In this document: positions 1-15,033 of the stretch, in pieces
Numbering within the stretch: position 1 is the stretch's first letter
Layout of the letters: each line of letters begins with the position of its first letter
Assembly (NCBI GenBank): GCA_002104945.1
Contig: MCFH01000003.1
Span: 1,426,001-1,490,000 of the forward strand
DNA length: 64,000 nucleotides
Origin: Piromyces finnis finn
Lineage: Eukaryota; Fungi; Neocallimastigomycota
Reading direction: 5' to 3'
The notes under the pieces: generated by a model
What the model was told of the DNA's origin: nothing
Seen by the model: the letters and a program-made list of their open reading frames with translations, nothing else
Databases searched by the model: none
Made by a program: the position numbers and the translations under genes

Positions 1-3000
1 TATTTATTATAAAATAAACATATGATATTATTAGTATATATATCTTTTGAATTAATATTTATAAATAAATTCATACTCTTTCTTCTACAGGGTTTTCAAC
101 AAATGAAATACTTTTAGGGAAAACTGTGGTTTTATTGGTTTCTGCATTAATGTTATGTTGAATTTCATTTTTAGTTGTAGCTATTTTTTTAATTACTGGA
201 ATAGAAGTGACATTTATCTTTTGATTATCTTCTGAATACTCACTTTGAGTAATTGCACTATTTTGTGAATTATTTTGAATTTCAAAATTACTTTCGCAAC
301 CTATATTAATGAAGAAAGCACTATTAATATTTTTAATTCAACAAGACTAAAATATTTATAAATTATACCTAAACTAGAATCACCAATAGAAATTGATGAA
401 CCGTTCATTAAAGTACTTGCTGTATTTATTAAATAAAAATAGTAATATTTTACAAAAAGGTCTAAGTAACTAATTGATCTATCATATTTATAAAGAAAAT
501 TTATTATAATACTGATGATTAACTACTTACCATAAATATTATTATTAATATTATTATTTTTTATAATTGGTACAGACTTTGATTTTTGTTTAAGTTGAGT
601 ACTATTTTTATCATTATCATGTATTACCATATCCGATTTTTGTTTTGATATAATGGTATTTTCTGTCTTATTTAATTCATGAGAATCAGAAATTTCTGTA
701 AGATTTTCTGATGGTAGTCTTGGGAAACTTATACTAGAATCATGATTTAATGTATTTACAGATATTTCTTTTTTTATTACTGTGGTTTGTTGTGAATGAC
801 TACTGTCATTGACATTATTTGAATGTGACAATTCTGAATTACTTTCTATATCTACTTTTGAATCCCTTATCGTTGAATTATTGTTTCTCTCATTATTATT
901 TAAATGAATATTAATATTATTTGTGTTTGAATTATTGGAATTAATGATTGGTAGTGATTCCTCTTCTTTCTTATTAACCACTTCATTATTAACTTCTTTG
1001 GGAATGTTTGTATTAGATGTTGTTGTATTGTTAGATATAGTTGGAAATAATGTGTTTTCTTTGGATTTTGAAGTATCTGAAGTATTTTTATTATCGAATT
1101 TTGGTTCATCACTAAATAAAAATGATAGTTTACTTTCAACCTTTATTAATTAAATAAATATTTAATAAAATTATTATTATATGTTAATAAAAATTATTTA
1201 TATTATTAATATAATATGAAAAAAATATAATTTAATAATATAAAATTTTTATTAGAATCTTACAGGCTTTTTTTGTTGAACATTATCATCATCATCTAAT
1301 AAGAATGACGCTTTCTTTTTTTCCGGTTTAGTATTATTTATTGTATTAGTTGTTGGATTATCACTAAATAATGAATTAATAAAATTTTCTGTTGCATTAT
1401 TATTAGTATTTCTTCTAGAATTAATTGATGTTCTTCTACGACGTCCTCCACCCGCTAAAAAGGAAGGGATAAATGAATCATTATCATCTTCATTATTTGC
1501 TAAATTTATATCTAAACCTGAATCTTTTGTATTTTTATCATTTTCCTTTTTAATATTAGTACTTAAATCAAAAAGTGGGGATGAATTTTCATTATTATTG
1601 TTGTTGTTGTTGTTGTTGTTATTATTATTATTATTATTTAATGAAGATGAAAATGGAAAATGATAATTATCATCATTAACTTTTCTATTATTATCATTAA
1701 TATTTTCAAGACTATTTATATTACTATTCTCATAACTTTGCTCATAATTTTGTTCATAGTCTTGTTCATAGTTTTGTTCTTCTTCCCCATAATTATTACT
1801 ATTGATAGTATTATTATTATTACTTAAGGATGAGAATGGATAATGATAATTAGTATTATTTTCAATAGTATTGTTTTTAGAAATTGTATCTGAATTATCT
1901 TTTAAAAATGATGGAATATCATTATTTTCTTTTCTTGATGATGCAAACGGAAATTTATATTCTATATCATTTTCTTGTTTAGAATCATTACTATTAATGT
2001 TATTTCTTGTTGATGAAAATGGAAAAGTATTACTTTCTTTTTCGTTTTTATTAAAGTTAAATAAAGATGTTTCATTTTTTTCTTCTGATAAAAATGGTAA
2101 AATTGGTTTTTTATTTCTATTATATTGATAGTTATTTTTTAATTAGAATTATAATAATAGATATAATAGATAGGAACAAATTTTAATTATACATCTACTA
2201 TATTTTATGTATTTAAAATGAAAAACTTTCAAATAATATTTACTCTTGTTTATTATTATTTTTTTTTCCAAATCCCAAACCAGCTAATATATCATCGTCA
2301 TCATTATCATTTAATATACTCATACCTGAAAACTAGATAAAAATTCAAAAATATTTTTTAATGAGCATATTAAAATTGCATAGGGTTATTAACCCTTATA
2401 ACAATATTAAAATAATTATATAAATTTTAAATTTAATACTAACGGAATCATTATCTTTAATTGGTGAATTAAACCCTGTTGCTCTTCTTCCATCTAAACT
2501 ATTGTTAATATCACTTTTTCTGGATGGTGAAGTAATATTAATATTGGTATTATTATCATTTTTTAAAAAAGAAAAAGGTTCTGAATTATTATTATTTATT
2601 GGTTCTGGAGATTTTGTTTCAGTTGTATGATTAAATATGAAATTTTTAAAATTATTCTCTTCTGTTTTTGGTTCTGGAGATTTTGTTTCACTTGTATGAT
2701 TAAATATAAAATTTTTAAAATTACTTTCATCTGTTTTTGGTTCTTTATCTTTATTATCATCAAAACTCCATAATGGTTTTTCAGTATCCTTTAAAAAAAA
2801 ATTTATTTTAAATTAATATTAATCCAATTCAAACAAACAAATGAATTATTTTTTTTTTCTTTCTATCATTTGATTATATTAAATATTAATATTTTATACA
2901 TACTGTTACACCTTTTCAATTATTATTAATACATATAAATATTAATAATTTATCACAATGATATAATACAAAAAAAAATAAAACAACATTATTAAATAAT

Positions 3001-3428
3001 TATTAGTAAAAATATCAGATAATTTAATAATTAAACATTATTATAAATAATAATAAAAGTGAAAAATAGCTTTTTGATAATAACTTGGTTTTGGTTCTGG
3101 TTTATTTTGAAAAGTATTTTCAAATTTAAAATCATCATCAAAATCATTTAATGAATCTAATATTTTATTAGGATCATAATCATTATTTCCAAATAAAGTA
3201 TTTTCTTCCTTTTTACTTTCCTATTCAATTAAAAGCACAAAATTCAAAAGAAAATTTTACATTTAAATATTTTTAGCAATACATATAAATAATAAATATT
3301 AATCTCACTCAACTTACTTTATTGAATATGTTATAATCTTCTTTCTTTTCAGTTTCATTGTCAAATTTATCGATATCGGAACCTAATATATCATTAAAAT
3401 CATCATCATCAAAACTATTTATTGACAT
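1..3428 (-). CDS. Multi-exon hypothetical low-complexity (N/S/D-rich) protein, runs off the left window edge; possibly FBF1-like
   Basis: ATG at 3428 (MSINSFDDDDFNDILGSDIDKF...). Open N/S/D-rich exons (e.g. ORF 523-981) are separated by GT-AG introns. Peptides include DDDDILAGLGFG and FIPSFLAGGGRRRR. Exon boundaries not all resolved; family assignment weak. Confidence 0.6.
2601..2745 (-). repeat. 69-bp (23-aa) tandem duplication inside the coding exon of the left-edge gene
   Basis: ggttctggagattttgtttca... recurs at 2601 and 2670; encodes NFKNFIFNHT[S/T]ETKSPEP twice. Confidence 0.85.
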
Positions 3429-4723
3429 TTTTTATTTAAATTTGATATTATGAAAATATTATATTGATATGGAAATAAAAATTGGAAATAATCTAAATGT
3501 TTATTTATAATTATTTTTTACTATTAATAATCTCTCTCTCTTTTTTTTTTTTTTTTTTCTTATTTTTTTTATAATAAAAGATTTTAAAATTATTTTAAAT
3601 AAAATATTACAATTGTAATTAAATAATGTAAATTTAAAATATCAACAAACAATTTCACTATTTTTAATTAATAAATAGGATTGGAACTTTAATTATATCA
3701 ATTAATAAATTAAATGCTGCGCCTAACTTTATTTAATATTTTTTTTATTCTCTCAAATAAAATCTCAAAAAATAATAAAGTCGTGGTATTATACACATTT
3801 TAACTTCAATTCTATTTATATCTTAATATTAATAATATATATAATATTTTGATTCAATTAATTATAAGTTATTATTGATACTATTGATGATGTTATATAT
3901 AATTTTATTTATTTCTTTTTTATTTATTAAGAAATTGTTTTTCTTTTTCTTTTTTTTAATTAATATAAAAATGATAATAGCAATGAAATTTATAAAAAGG
4001 TAATTTATTATTATTTTATATTATATAAATGAGAAAGAATTTATTATTGATATTATTGTTATTGCTGTTATATAAAAATCAATACGTCATTCTTTTTGCA
4101 TAAAGAGTATAAAGTTTTTGATATATTTAAAATATTAATTTTTAAGTTAATAATACTTTATTTTTTTTTTATATGTATTTAAAGATATATATTTCTTTTA
4201 TTTAAAAGAAATATTATTATTATTTATTATATTTTGTATTATATATTATTTTTGCTTTATTTTATTCTATTCTATTCTTTTTTTTTTTTTTTTTTTTTTT
4301 GTTTCTATTGTAAAAATAAATGTAAAATTTATATAAAATTAAAATTATCTTTTATTAAAAATATTATATAATGATATTTGAATTATAAATAAGTTTTAAT
4401 AAATAAATAAATTAAATAAATAATAAAGTAGTATTTGTAATTTCTTTTTTCTTTTTTTCTTTTAATTTTTTTCTTACAATTTCTGTTTAATCGTATTAAG
4501 ATTTATTCAGGCTAACTTATATTACGAGAGGTTGAAAATTTTTCAAGCAATTATTATATAGGAAAATCAAAATTAATAGATTTACTAAAAAATTTTTCCT
4601 TCTGTTTTTCATAATTTCATCTACAATTTATATTAAGAGTATTTTCCTTTCTTAATAATAAAGTTTATTATAATTAATATAATTCTTATCCCCCTTTTTT
4701 TATGGATATAACTTTATACAGAT

Positions 4724-7700
4724 TTAAAAAAGCATTTTTGGGAATTTAGAAATTAACAATTTAGCTTTCTTTGCAATAGCTTCTGGAACAAGACCAAAGT
4801 GTTCAAAAATCTTCTTAGCTGAAGCTGACATGCCAAATGAATCAATACCAACAGACATATGAGCATATTTAGCCCAACCAAAGGTTGAAGCAGCTTCAAC
4901 ACTAAGAATTGGAATTCCTTTTGGTAATACCTTATTACAATAACTCTTACCTTGAGAATCAAATAAAGATAAGCATGGTAATGATACAACACGAGCTGGA
5001 ATATTATCTTTTTTTAATAACTCTGCAGCTTCAACACATAATGATACTTCAGAACCAGTACCAGCTAAAATAACCTTTGGATTTGGTTCGTCTTGTAAAA
5101 TATAACCACCTTTTAAAGCATTTTCAATAGATGATCCTTTTAAATGTGGTACATTTTGACGAGTTAAACACAAAACAGATGGTGTTTCCTTACTAGTTAA
5201 TGCTTGATAATAAGCAGCTGAAACTTCATTACCATCAGCTGGACGAATGACATTTAAATTTGGTTGAGCTCTTAAAGCTGCAAAAGTTTCAATAGGTTGA
5301 TGAGTTGGACCATCTTCTCCAACTCCGATAGAATCATGAGTCATAATATAAACAACTTGATGCTTAGATAATGAACTTAAACGAACAGCACCAGAAGCAT
5401 AACTTGATTAATATATTATTTTTGATATATATTAATTTTTTTATCAAGGTTTATAAAATAAATTTAAAATATAAAAGATAAATATATAATGTTATAAAAT
5501 AGTACATATATATATATTTAATTTAAAATTACTTTATAAAGTTTAAAAATGTAGAACCAAATGGAATAAGACCACATCCATAAGCAGCCATGCCATTCAT
5601 AACAGCAGCCATTCCATGTTCTCTAACACCATAATGGAAGTAACGACCAGAATAATCCCCAATACCAGAACCAGTCTATATTTTTTTAAAATGAAATATA
5701 TAATTAAAAATGTATATTTAAATAATACAATTTTTAAATATATAAATTGCATTTTAATATTATATTTTTAAATATTTCAAAATTTTCAAAATATATAAAA
5801 ATATAAAATAATAAAAAAAAAAAAAAAGAATTTACTGCTTGGAAATCCTTAGCATTAGTCCAACGAGTAAGATTTGAGCCAGTTAAATCAGCTGAACCAC
5901 CAATAAACTCTGGTAAAGCATCACAAATATTATTAAGGACACATTCAGATAATTTTCTTTTAAAAATATATTTGAATTAATGTTAATTTTAATATTTTCG
6001 ATAATAATAATTAAATATTTTTATAATAAATTATCAATTATTCATTTTAATTACCTAGTAGCCATTGGTTTATCAGCTGGTGTGTATCTTGGTAATAATT
6101 TTTCCCAACCCTTAACTAAGTCACCTCTTAAACGTCTTCTAATTTCTTTAGCCTTTTTAATATTAGAATATATATAATATTTTAATAAAAAAGGAAAACT
6201 AATAAATATTTTATCACTATTTCATAGTTTATTTTTTATTATTCAATAAGCAACTATTAAAAAAGTCTTTTCTATTGATAATCACTTCTTCTGGATATTG
6301 TATTGAATATTTGTCAAAAAGACTATTCCATTCCTTTTCATAGTTAACTCCTTTACGTGTAAGCTTATCATAAAAAGCACGAACCTAAAAAATTATATAT
6401 TCATTATTGTATTTTGTAAATCACCATCTGAAAAAGATAACTTTATATTTGAAATAAAAATAATTACATCCTTTGGAATATCAAATGTTTTAGTTGGATC
6501 TAAATTGAAAAGCTGCTTAACATTGGCAATTTCTTCGGTCTTAAGTGGGTTTCCATGAGCTTTTGGAGTACCTTGATTTTTTGAACCATAACCGATTGTA
6601 GTACTTTTAATTAAAAAAAAATAATTAATATGTGACATATTTTTTTAAATGCTATATTTATTGAATTATTAATTTATATTTTGGAATATATATATATATA
6701 TATACCGAACATAGATAAGAGTTGGTTTGCTTAATTCTTTTTTAGCTTCTTCAATGGCATTGGCAATAGCATCTAAATCACTATCACCATCGTCAACTTT
6801 AAGAACTTGCCAACCGTAAGCCTTAAAACGAGCACATACATCTTCTGTGAATTGTACACGAATTTCACCTATTATCATAATTAAATTCAATGTAATGTAT
6901 CATTTTTTTTTAAAAAATTTATAATTAATAATATATATTATTAATATTTCAATTATTTTAATTATCATGAATATTTTTTTAGTAAAAGAGAAAAAAAAAT
7001 TACCATCAATTTGAATGTTGTTGGCATCATAAAGAGCGATTAACTTACCCAACTTGAAGTGACTATTAAATTATAATAATAATAATAATTTTTGAAAAAT
7101 TCATCAGTACACGGCAATGCTATTATTAAAACGACTACAAATATAAATAATTACCCAGCCATTGAAGCAGCTTCAGAAGAAACACCTTCTTGTAAACAAC
7201 CATCGCCAACAATGGTATAAGTATAATTATTAAATAATTCAATTCCTGGACGATTGTAAATTGATGCTAAATGAGCTTCAGCAATAGCTAAACCAACAGC
7301 ATTACTAAAGCCTTGACCTAATGGACCAGTGGTAACTTCAATACCATCAGTAACACCACGTTCTGGATGTCCTGGGGTACTTTTATATAAAAATTAAGAA
7401 AATTTAATATTTTGTTTAATAAAAATGAAGAAAAGAAAAAATAGAAACTAACATGCTTAAATATTGTCTGAAATTTTTTAAATCATTTAAAGTTATTTTG
7501 TAACCTAATAAATGGTTTATTACATATTGAAGAGTACAACCATGACCATTGGATAAAACAAATCTATCACGATTAATCTATTAATTAAATTTTAAAAAAT
7601 TTTCGTAATATTCAATATGTTTTTTTTTTTTTTTTTTTTAAAATAAAAAAAATAAATATTGATTTTAATGAATATTTTTGAAATCATCATAATTTAATTA

Positions 7701-7949
7701 TTATTATTATTATTATAAAGGATTATTATCATTTTTTTTCATTTTTGTTTTTGCTTTAAAAAGATAAAATACCCATTTTGAATTAGTTGGGTTGCATTTA
7801 AAGAATCTAGAGAATAAGACGTGAGCCATTGGTGCACACCCCATTGGTGCACCCGGATGTCCCGAGTTAGCTGAATCAATCATATCGCAAGCAACAACAC
7901 GAATAGTGTTAATTGCACGTTTATCTATTTCACTGAATGGATCAAACAT
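4724..7949 (-). CDS. TKL1: Transketolase (multi-exon)
   Basis: AINTIR...[65 protein letters not shown] motifs across spliced exons; stop at 4724-4726. Confidence 0.97.
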
Positions 7950-10396
7950 TTTATAATATATATTGTATAGCTTCTATATAAAACTTTTAATGTTTAATAA
8001 CTTAATTATATAAATATATTAACATATTTTTAAATGAATTTAAATGCTTTTTTACGATTTTACAATTATTTTTAAAAGAAAAGGTTACAAAAATTATAAT
8101 TGAATTAATATATTTTTAATGAATTTTCTAGAATTATTAAATAAACAGCTTTTATTATTACTTCTTTTATTTTGTTTTTGTTATATTTTATATTTATCAA
8201 AATGTTTATATTATTATAAAAACATTGCTTTTTTACATGTAATTCTGTAATTCAAATTCTTGTAATTAATAAGTGATTTATAAAAAACGTTAAAGTTGAT
8301 GTTATTTTCTATTTTTTCTTTTTATATCTATTTTCATTAATGATATATTGTTTTTAATATAAATGTTTAAATATAATGTTTGATGTTTGTGGCATCTTTT
8401 ATAATAATATAAAAATTACTTTTATTGTTATTGTTGTTGTTAATCATATATCAGTAGTTTATTTCTATTTTCAAAATATAAAAAATATTTATTTTTTCAA
8501 TAAATGTTCATCTTGTTTTTTGATAGTCTTGTTTTTACTTTCTCATTGATATGACTATATAATTTTTTTTTTTCCTCTCTTTTCAACATTGTACTTTTTT
8601 TTTTTTTTAAATATTTATTCCTTTTTTTCAATCAATCGAAAATTTAATATTTAAAATAAAAAATAAAAAAAAAAAGAATACTAATAATACTAATACTAAA
8701 TTTACATTTTACATACTTTTTTTTATTAAATATAATACATTCGATAGAGTTCACTATTCCTTGAAATAATGAACAAGAAAAAAAATAATTTTTTTTTTTT
8801 TACATATAAAGATTTTCTTTATTCCTTTTTTTTTTTTTTTTTAGAGTTTTTTGTGTAAGATACAAATTAAAAAATAAATAAAAATAAATTAATTATTAAT
8901 GAATGGATAAGATATAAGATATATTATAAGTTTATTATTATATGTTATAGTAATATATTGATTTATGAATTGAAAGTTTTCATTTATTCCATATTTTATT
9001 ATATTCCTATTGGATAAAGTTCTTTTATTTTATTTACTATTTTTTATTTCAAAAAGTCAATTCATAATATATATATTTGTATATAATTATATAAACTAGA
9101 ACTTTTTTTTTTTTAAAATGTTTCATTCTTTTTATTAATACCTGCAAATTAATTTTAATATTTAAAATTAAAAATAAATATCCATTAATTAAAAAATGTT
9201 TTTTTTTCCGGTGGTATAATAATATATATATTGTTAAATTATTTATAATTACTTCTAAATAATCATTTCATTTAATGTAAACGTAGTATATTATTAATAT
9301 GAAATATATAATGAAAGAAAATAATAAAAACAATAAAATAAAAGCAAAAGGTAGGTTTATCTTAAAATAAATAAAGGCAAAGGTGGAGAAAAAATTATTT
9401 TTTCCAGAGTTCAGAGACGGTTATTATGCTATTGGTATAAATATATATTTTTATATTAAAAAAAAATTTTTTTTCCCTTTTTTTAATATAATATAAGGAA
9501 AATAATATATTTTTAAAAAAGTAATTTCTAATTACAAAGAATGAATATTAGTAAAAATAAGGACGCATATTATCATCATTTAATTATTTAATATAACACT
9601 ATCTATTTTTCCAACATTATTTTATAAAATGAAGTTTTATTTAATATCACTAATTTATTGATCTTGACCTCTTTCTATTACATTAATTTATTAGTATTTC
9701 ATATTATTGTTTAGATACAATTTTTGTATAATAAAACTAATTTCCCATTGTAAGATAAGATAGTGTAAGGAATACATTGCAATCGTTCAAAATTAAATTT
9801 ACTTTTTTCTTTTTGAATTAAACTTACATAGAATATTTTTATGTATTATAGATGTGCTTAAAGCTTGACTTTTAAGTTTTTTATTATATCTACACAATAA
9901 AAAGTATAAAAAGTTGAATAATGAAATATTTTTATTTAAAAAAATGAATAAACTAAATTCAATTTAATATTAAAATTATTTGTTTTCATCAAAGTACTCG
10001 ATAATTTTTCCTTTATCTCTTCAAAATTGTTTATTTATATTTTTATTATGATATGCTAATAAAAAAAAAAATACTATATATTTATAAAATATAAATATAA
10101 AAACTTATTTTATAATCGGAAATTAGAGTATCTATATAATTTTAAATATATTTATTAATAGTGAATAAACAAAAGCATATTTAAATAAATATTTGAATGT
10201 TCATTATCAATAAATTTCTAAGTGTTATGTACTATTTTATATCATTAAATAAAAAGAAAAAAATATTTGTAAATTTCATTCATAATAGATTTTTAAATTT
10301 ATTTTTTATATTATAAAATATTATTACTTTTTAGAAGATATTATATTGATTTTAAAAACAAAATGATAATTTATATCATTAAATAATTAAATTGAA

Positions 10397-13300
10397 TTAT
10401 TGATTAATTTTTCTTTTATCAATTTCAATAAAAATATGTTGATTCTTTTTTTCATTATCATATGGAATAGAAGTTAATTTAGTATTTATATATCTAGTAG
10501 CGAGCTGAAGTGAATATGACATATAATACGGCTTTTTTTCTGAGCCATCATTATATACAGTATCATCACCTTTATAAATTACATAAACATAAAATTAATA
10601 TTTTTAAATGAATAAATAAATTAATATTTAAATAGTAATATTTACAAAAACAAAAAAATATTGAATTGTTTATAGAATAAAAAGGATCTATTAATTGTTG
10701 TGCTAATCCAAATAACATATAATAACCAATCTTTTTTTTTTAGAATAAAAATATTATTTTTATAAAGATTTTTAAAATTAGTATAAAAAAATTAATAGGC
10801 AAAAATAATAAATTTTATATAATATATTGATTATTATTTTCTATTACCATAAATGGTGTAATTGTTGTTAGAACATCTTCAAACTTATTTCCATCAATAA
10901 AAAAGAATCCAATAATAAGTCCCAATGCAACAACAATTAATTTGATTAGCATTACTAATACAGTTGCTGTAGTATCTACAATAATTAGTCTTTTTAATGA
11001 TTTAATTTATATTAATAATTAGTTCCTATAATTCGTATTAAAGGTAATAAACTATATATTAAATTTATAAGGAACCTTTGTGAATTTTCCATTAAAAGTA
11101 AAAATGCTTTTTGTGCACCTTTCCAAAATGATCCACCATATATAGAAACCTATAATTTATTATATTCATTTCATTTTAATATATTAATGTTCTTTATTCC
11201 ATAATATTTTTAAAAAAAATCTAAATAAAATTATTAATAGTAATAGCAGTTGTATTTCGACTTATTTACCTCAACATATGAATTATTTGTAATTGAATAA
11301 ATAAATCTTATGAGAAAGAATAGTATTACTTTTAAAATATATAGCCAAAAAGTTAAAAAACTATCTTGTTGCTTATTAATTGAAAAAAGAGTGATGGTAA
11401 CAAGTTTTGATATTGTTTTAAAAATACTAAGATATAAGGAACCTTTTGATAAAGTTCCAATAGCTTTAGATACTACTTTTTTTAAAACTTTACTTAAAAT
11501 TTTGGTTCTTTGAATTATCTATTCATTTTTTTTTTTTTGAAATATATAATTAATATTTATATCGTATATAATTTTATTTAAAAATATTGAAAGAATTATT
11601 TTTTTTTAAATTCTCACTGTTTTATTAGTATCCCAATACCAAATTGCTGCACAAACTGATACTGTTACTTTACATATTCCAATTAAAAGATTCATAATCC
11701 AAAAGAAAAAAAATATAGTAAAAATTTCTATTACTGTAATAATACTTTTTTTTATATTTAAGAATGTAATAATTATTATTTTTTTTTTTTTTTTTAGTTT
11801 TTTTTTTTTTTATTATTGTTGTTGTTGTCGTATATAGTAATAATTATTATTATTTTTAATATTTAAATAAATAAATTAAACATACTAAGGATTTCCTGAT
11901 CCAACATCTCTGTTATATCGATTTGGTATTCCATCAATATTTGAATATAATAATCTATATTTTTTTTTAAGAAGAAAAAAATAATTTATAAACTATATTA
12001 GTAAAGCTGTATAAGTAGTAATTCTTTAAAAATATTCATACATCATAATATCAAAAAATATGATAGCTGCAGTACTAATAATAATAAATTGTATTATTGG
12101 AAAACAGAAAAAATATAAAATATATCTAAAACATCTAAAAAATTAGAATTAAAAAAAAAATTAGTCACTGAATATTAATATAGAAGAAAATAATATGATT
12201 GTTTTTTTTATCGATTTTTACTTGCTGGTTTCATATAATATTTTTAAACTTATATTTATCTTTACTCTTAAGCATACAATAATAAAAACTATTAATACTA
12301 GTATCATTGTTACACAAACACCTTTTTTTTATAATTATATATATAAAATAAATATATAAATATTTTTCATTTTAATTATCTACATTAATATATATTTATC
12401 TTTTTTCATATAATTAATGATTATCTTACAGAGCATTAATAAAACAGAAGGGTATCGTAATGATTTATTTATCCATGTAATATTAGAATTTAGATGAATA
12501 CCATTGATTGATTCTTCAGCTGTAATATAAATATACCATAAACTAATATCTAGCCCGCACAGAGATAAAAGTACACCTGAAAATATGGAATATATTGCAA
12601 TTTTTGGAGTATACACTAAAGCTAATAAAAACATATAAGTAATTATAATACATAGTGTTGCACATCTATTGTTTTTTCATTAGTATATTTCATAATTATA
12701 TATTTGTTTATAATTAATAAAAAAATGTTATTGTTAATAAATTATGCATTTTTTCAATAATATAATAGGTATATTAAAAAAAAAAATAGTTATTTATTCT
12801 TTCATTAATCATTACTTTAAATAAGTAAACCTATAATTTAAGGTATAAAAGCACACTTGTTCTAAAAAGCTGGATATATCAAATATTTTCTTAAGTTCTT
12901 TTTGATTCAATATTATTTTTCCATTAAAATAAGGTTTCAAACTTTCAATATTATCTTCATTAACAGTCGGAAAACATCGATTAAATCCTATTTTTATAAT
13001 AAAGTTGTTTTTTTTTTGGATTTTTAAAATTTATATTATGGTATAATTTTATTTCAAAGAATTTTTTTTTAATTATTTAAAATGTAAGTACATATTACTA
13101 AATCATACTTTCTTTGGAAGGTAATCTTAAAAAACATTTTCCTGATTCAATACAACTGGAATAATGAGATAAATCTTGATAATCTATAGGTATCCCTTCA
13201 ATATATTTTTTATTGTTATAAATGATAATCTTAGAGTTACACTGTTCAAAACAAACAAAATTCATTGAATTTGGTGTTATTACTAAATTTAATGCAGTTT

Positions 13301-14296
13301 TATCAATTTTAGCTCCATATCCACATATATTACCATCAGAATCGGTTGAATATAAAATTCTATATATTTTAACATAATATTACATACCATTTTTTTTGTT
13401 TGTTTTTTATAATTTTTATTATTAATATTTTTAATTTTATAAACAAGTATATGTTAATGCAAAGATGTATTTTTTTGATTTTTTTTTTTTTTTTTGTATT
13501 TCATTAGGAAATATATATATATATATTATTTATTTATTTTAATTTTAAAAATTATATGGAATTAAATAAACATTAGTATTATATTGAAACTTTTAAAATA
13601 CCTATATATATTTCCATATAAAAGGGAATAAGATGATATGATCAAGGTCAGTATTGTTGAAAATAATAATAGTAAAAAATAATTTCCATCTGAAAAAAAT
13701 CTTTTTAAACGGAGAATATTTGGGGGAAACTCGTTAGTATTATTAAGATAAGCCATTTTCTCTTCGTCAATAATCACCTCACTATACACTCGACTTTTGA
13801 TTCTTGTAATAGATTTTTTAACTTTAGTTAAAATTTTACCACTGAACGATTTATATGACTTTGAATCAGAATCTTTTCTTTCTATCTTCTTAAATAATAC
13901 AGATTCATTTTTATTAATTTCTGTATTTTTTATTTCATCCTTTTTTTCAAGTATTTTATTATTGGTGAATTCGGTAGATTTATTCTCATCACAATTATTA
14001 CCATTCCTTAAAAGTTTTGACTTATTCTTGTCTTTATAAATTGGAATATCTATTGAATCTTTATTTTTATCCTCATCTTTTGTTGTAATTGATAAGTTTT
14101 CTTTATTTATGTAATTATTTTGAGAAGATAATTGAGATAACTGTGATGAATTATCATCTATATTTTTACTTTTTAATATTGATTTCGTGCTATTTATTTT
14201 CTTAAAGGTCGACAATGAAAAAGATTCATCATCAACACTATTTTTCTTCATTTTATTAATTATGTTGTTATCTTCATCTTCCTTTTTATGTATCAT
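10397..14296 (-). CDS. Choline transporter-like protein (SLC44/CTL/Pns1 family), multi-exon, with a long charged N-terminal extension
   Basis: Spliced peptides YSTDSDGNICG, RCFP, multiple hydrophobic TM segments, SIYGGSFWKGAQKAF, and the C-terminal NDGSEKKPYYMS motif typical of the CTL family. ATG at 14296 (the ORF track starts at an upstream TTG). Confidence 0.8.
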
Positions 14297-15033
14297 TTTT
14301 TCCAATTAAATAATTTGAAGATATTTATATTTTCATTACTTTATTATTACTTGGTTAAATTATTTTTAGTATTTCAATTTATTATCTATTATTATAATAA
14401 TACATGTTCCAATGGTTTTATAAAAATCATAGTGAAGCACAGTACTGATTTTTTTAAAAAAAAAAAAATTAAAAATTATTTATAAAAGTAACTCTTAGTT
14501 AACTTATAATTTAATAATCAATATAAAATAATTATAATTATTACAGTTTTCAAGATTTTGGCGTTGATTAAAAAAAAACTACATATATTTATTTTGTTTG
14601 ATAAATTACTTTTTAAAAGTTTATTTTATATTTTCATTTCAAACATTTCAAAAAAAATTAATATATAATAAAATTTATTAAGTTTGTAATAATTCAATTT
14701 TTAATATAAAAGAAAATAAAAATAAAACTAGCCCATAAAAAATTAAAATAAAAAAAAGTATATAAAATACTACAGTTTTTAAAAAAAGTTCTAGAAAATA
14801 TAAAATAATAGGAAGACTATAATAAAATATCTTATTACTTTTATTTATTAATTTATTCATTTATTTACTTATTTATTTCAATGAAATATATAAATTATTT
14901 TATACACCTAACTAACCCCATAAGAGTTTATATATATTATTATAATAAATGTAATTAAATTACATTTATTAATAGATAAGTATTTTAACTATATAAATAA
15001 TTTTAATATTTATTTTTTTTCTTGGTAATTAAA

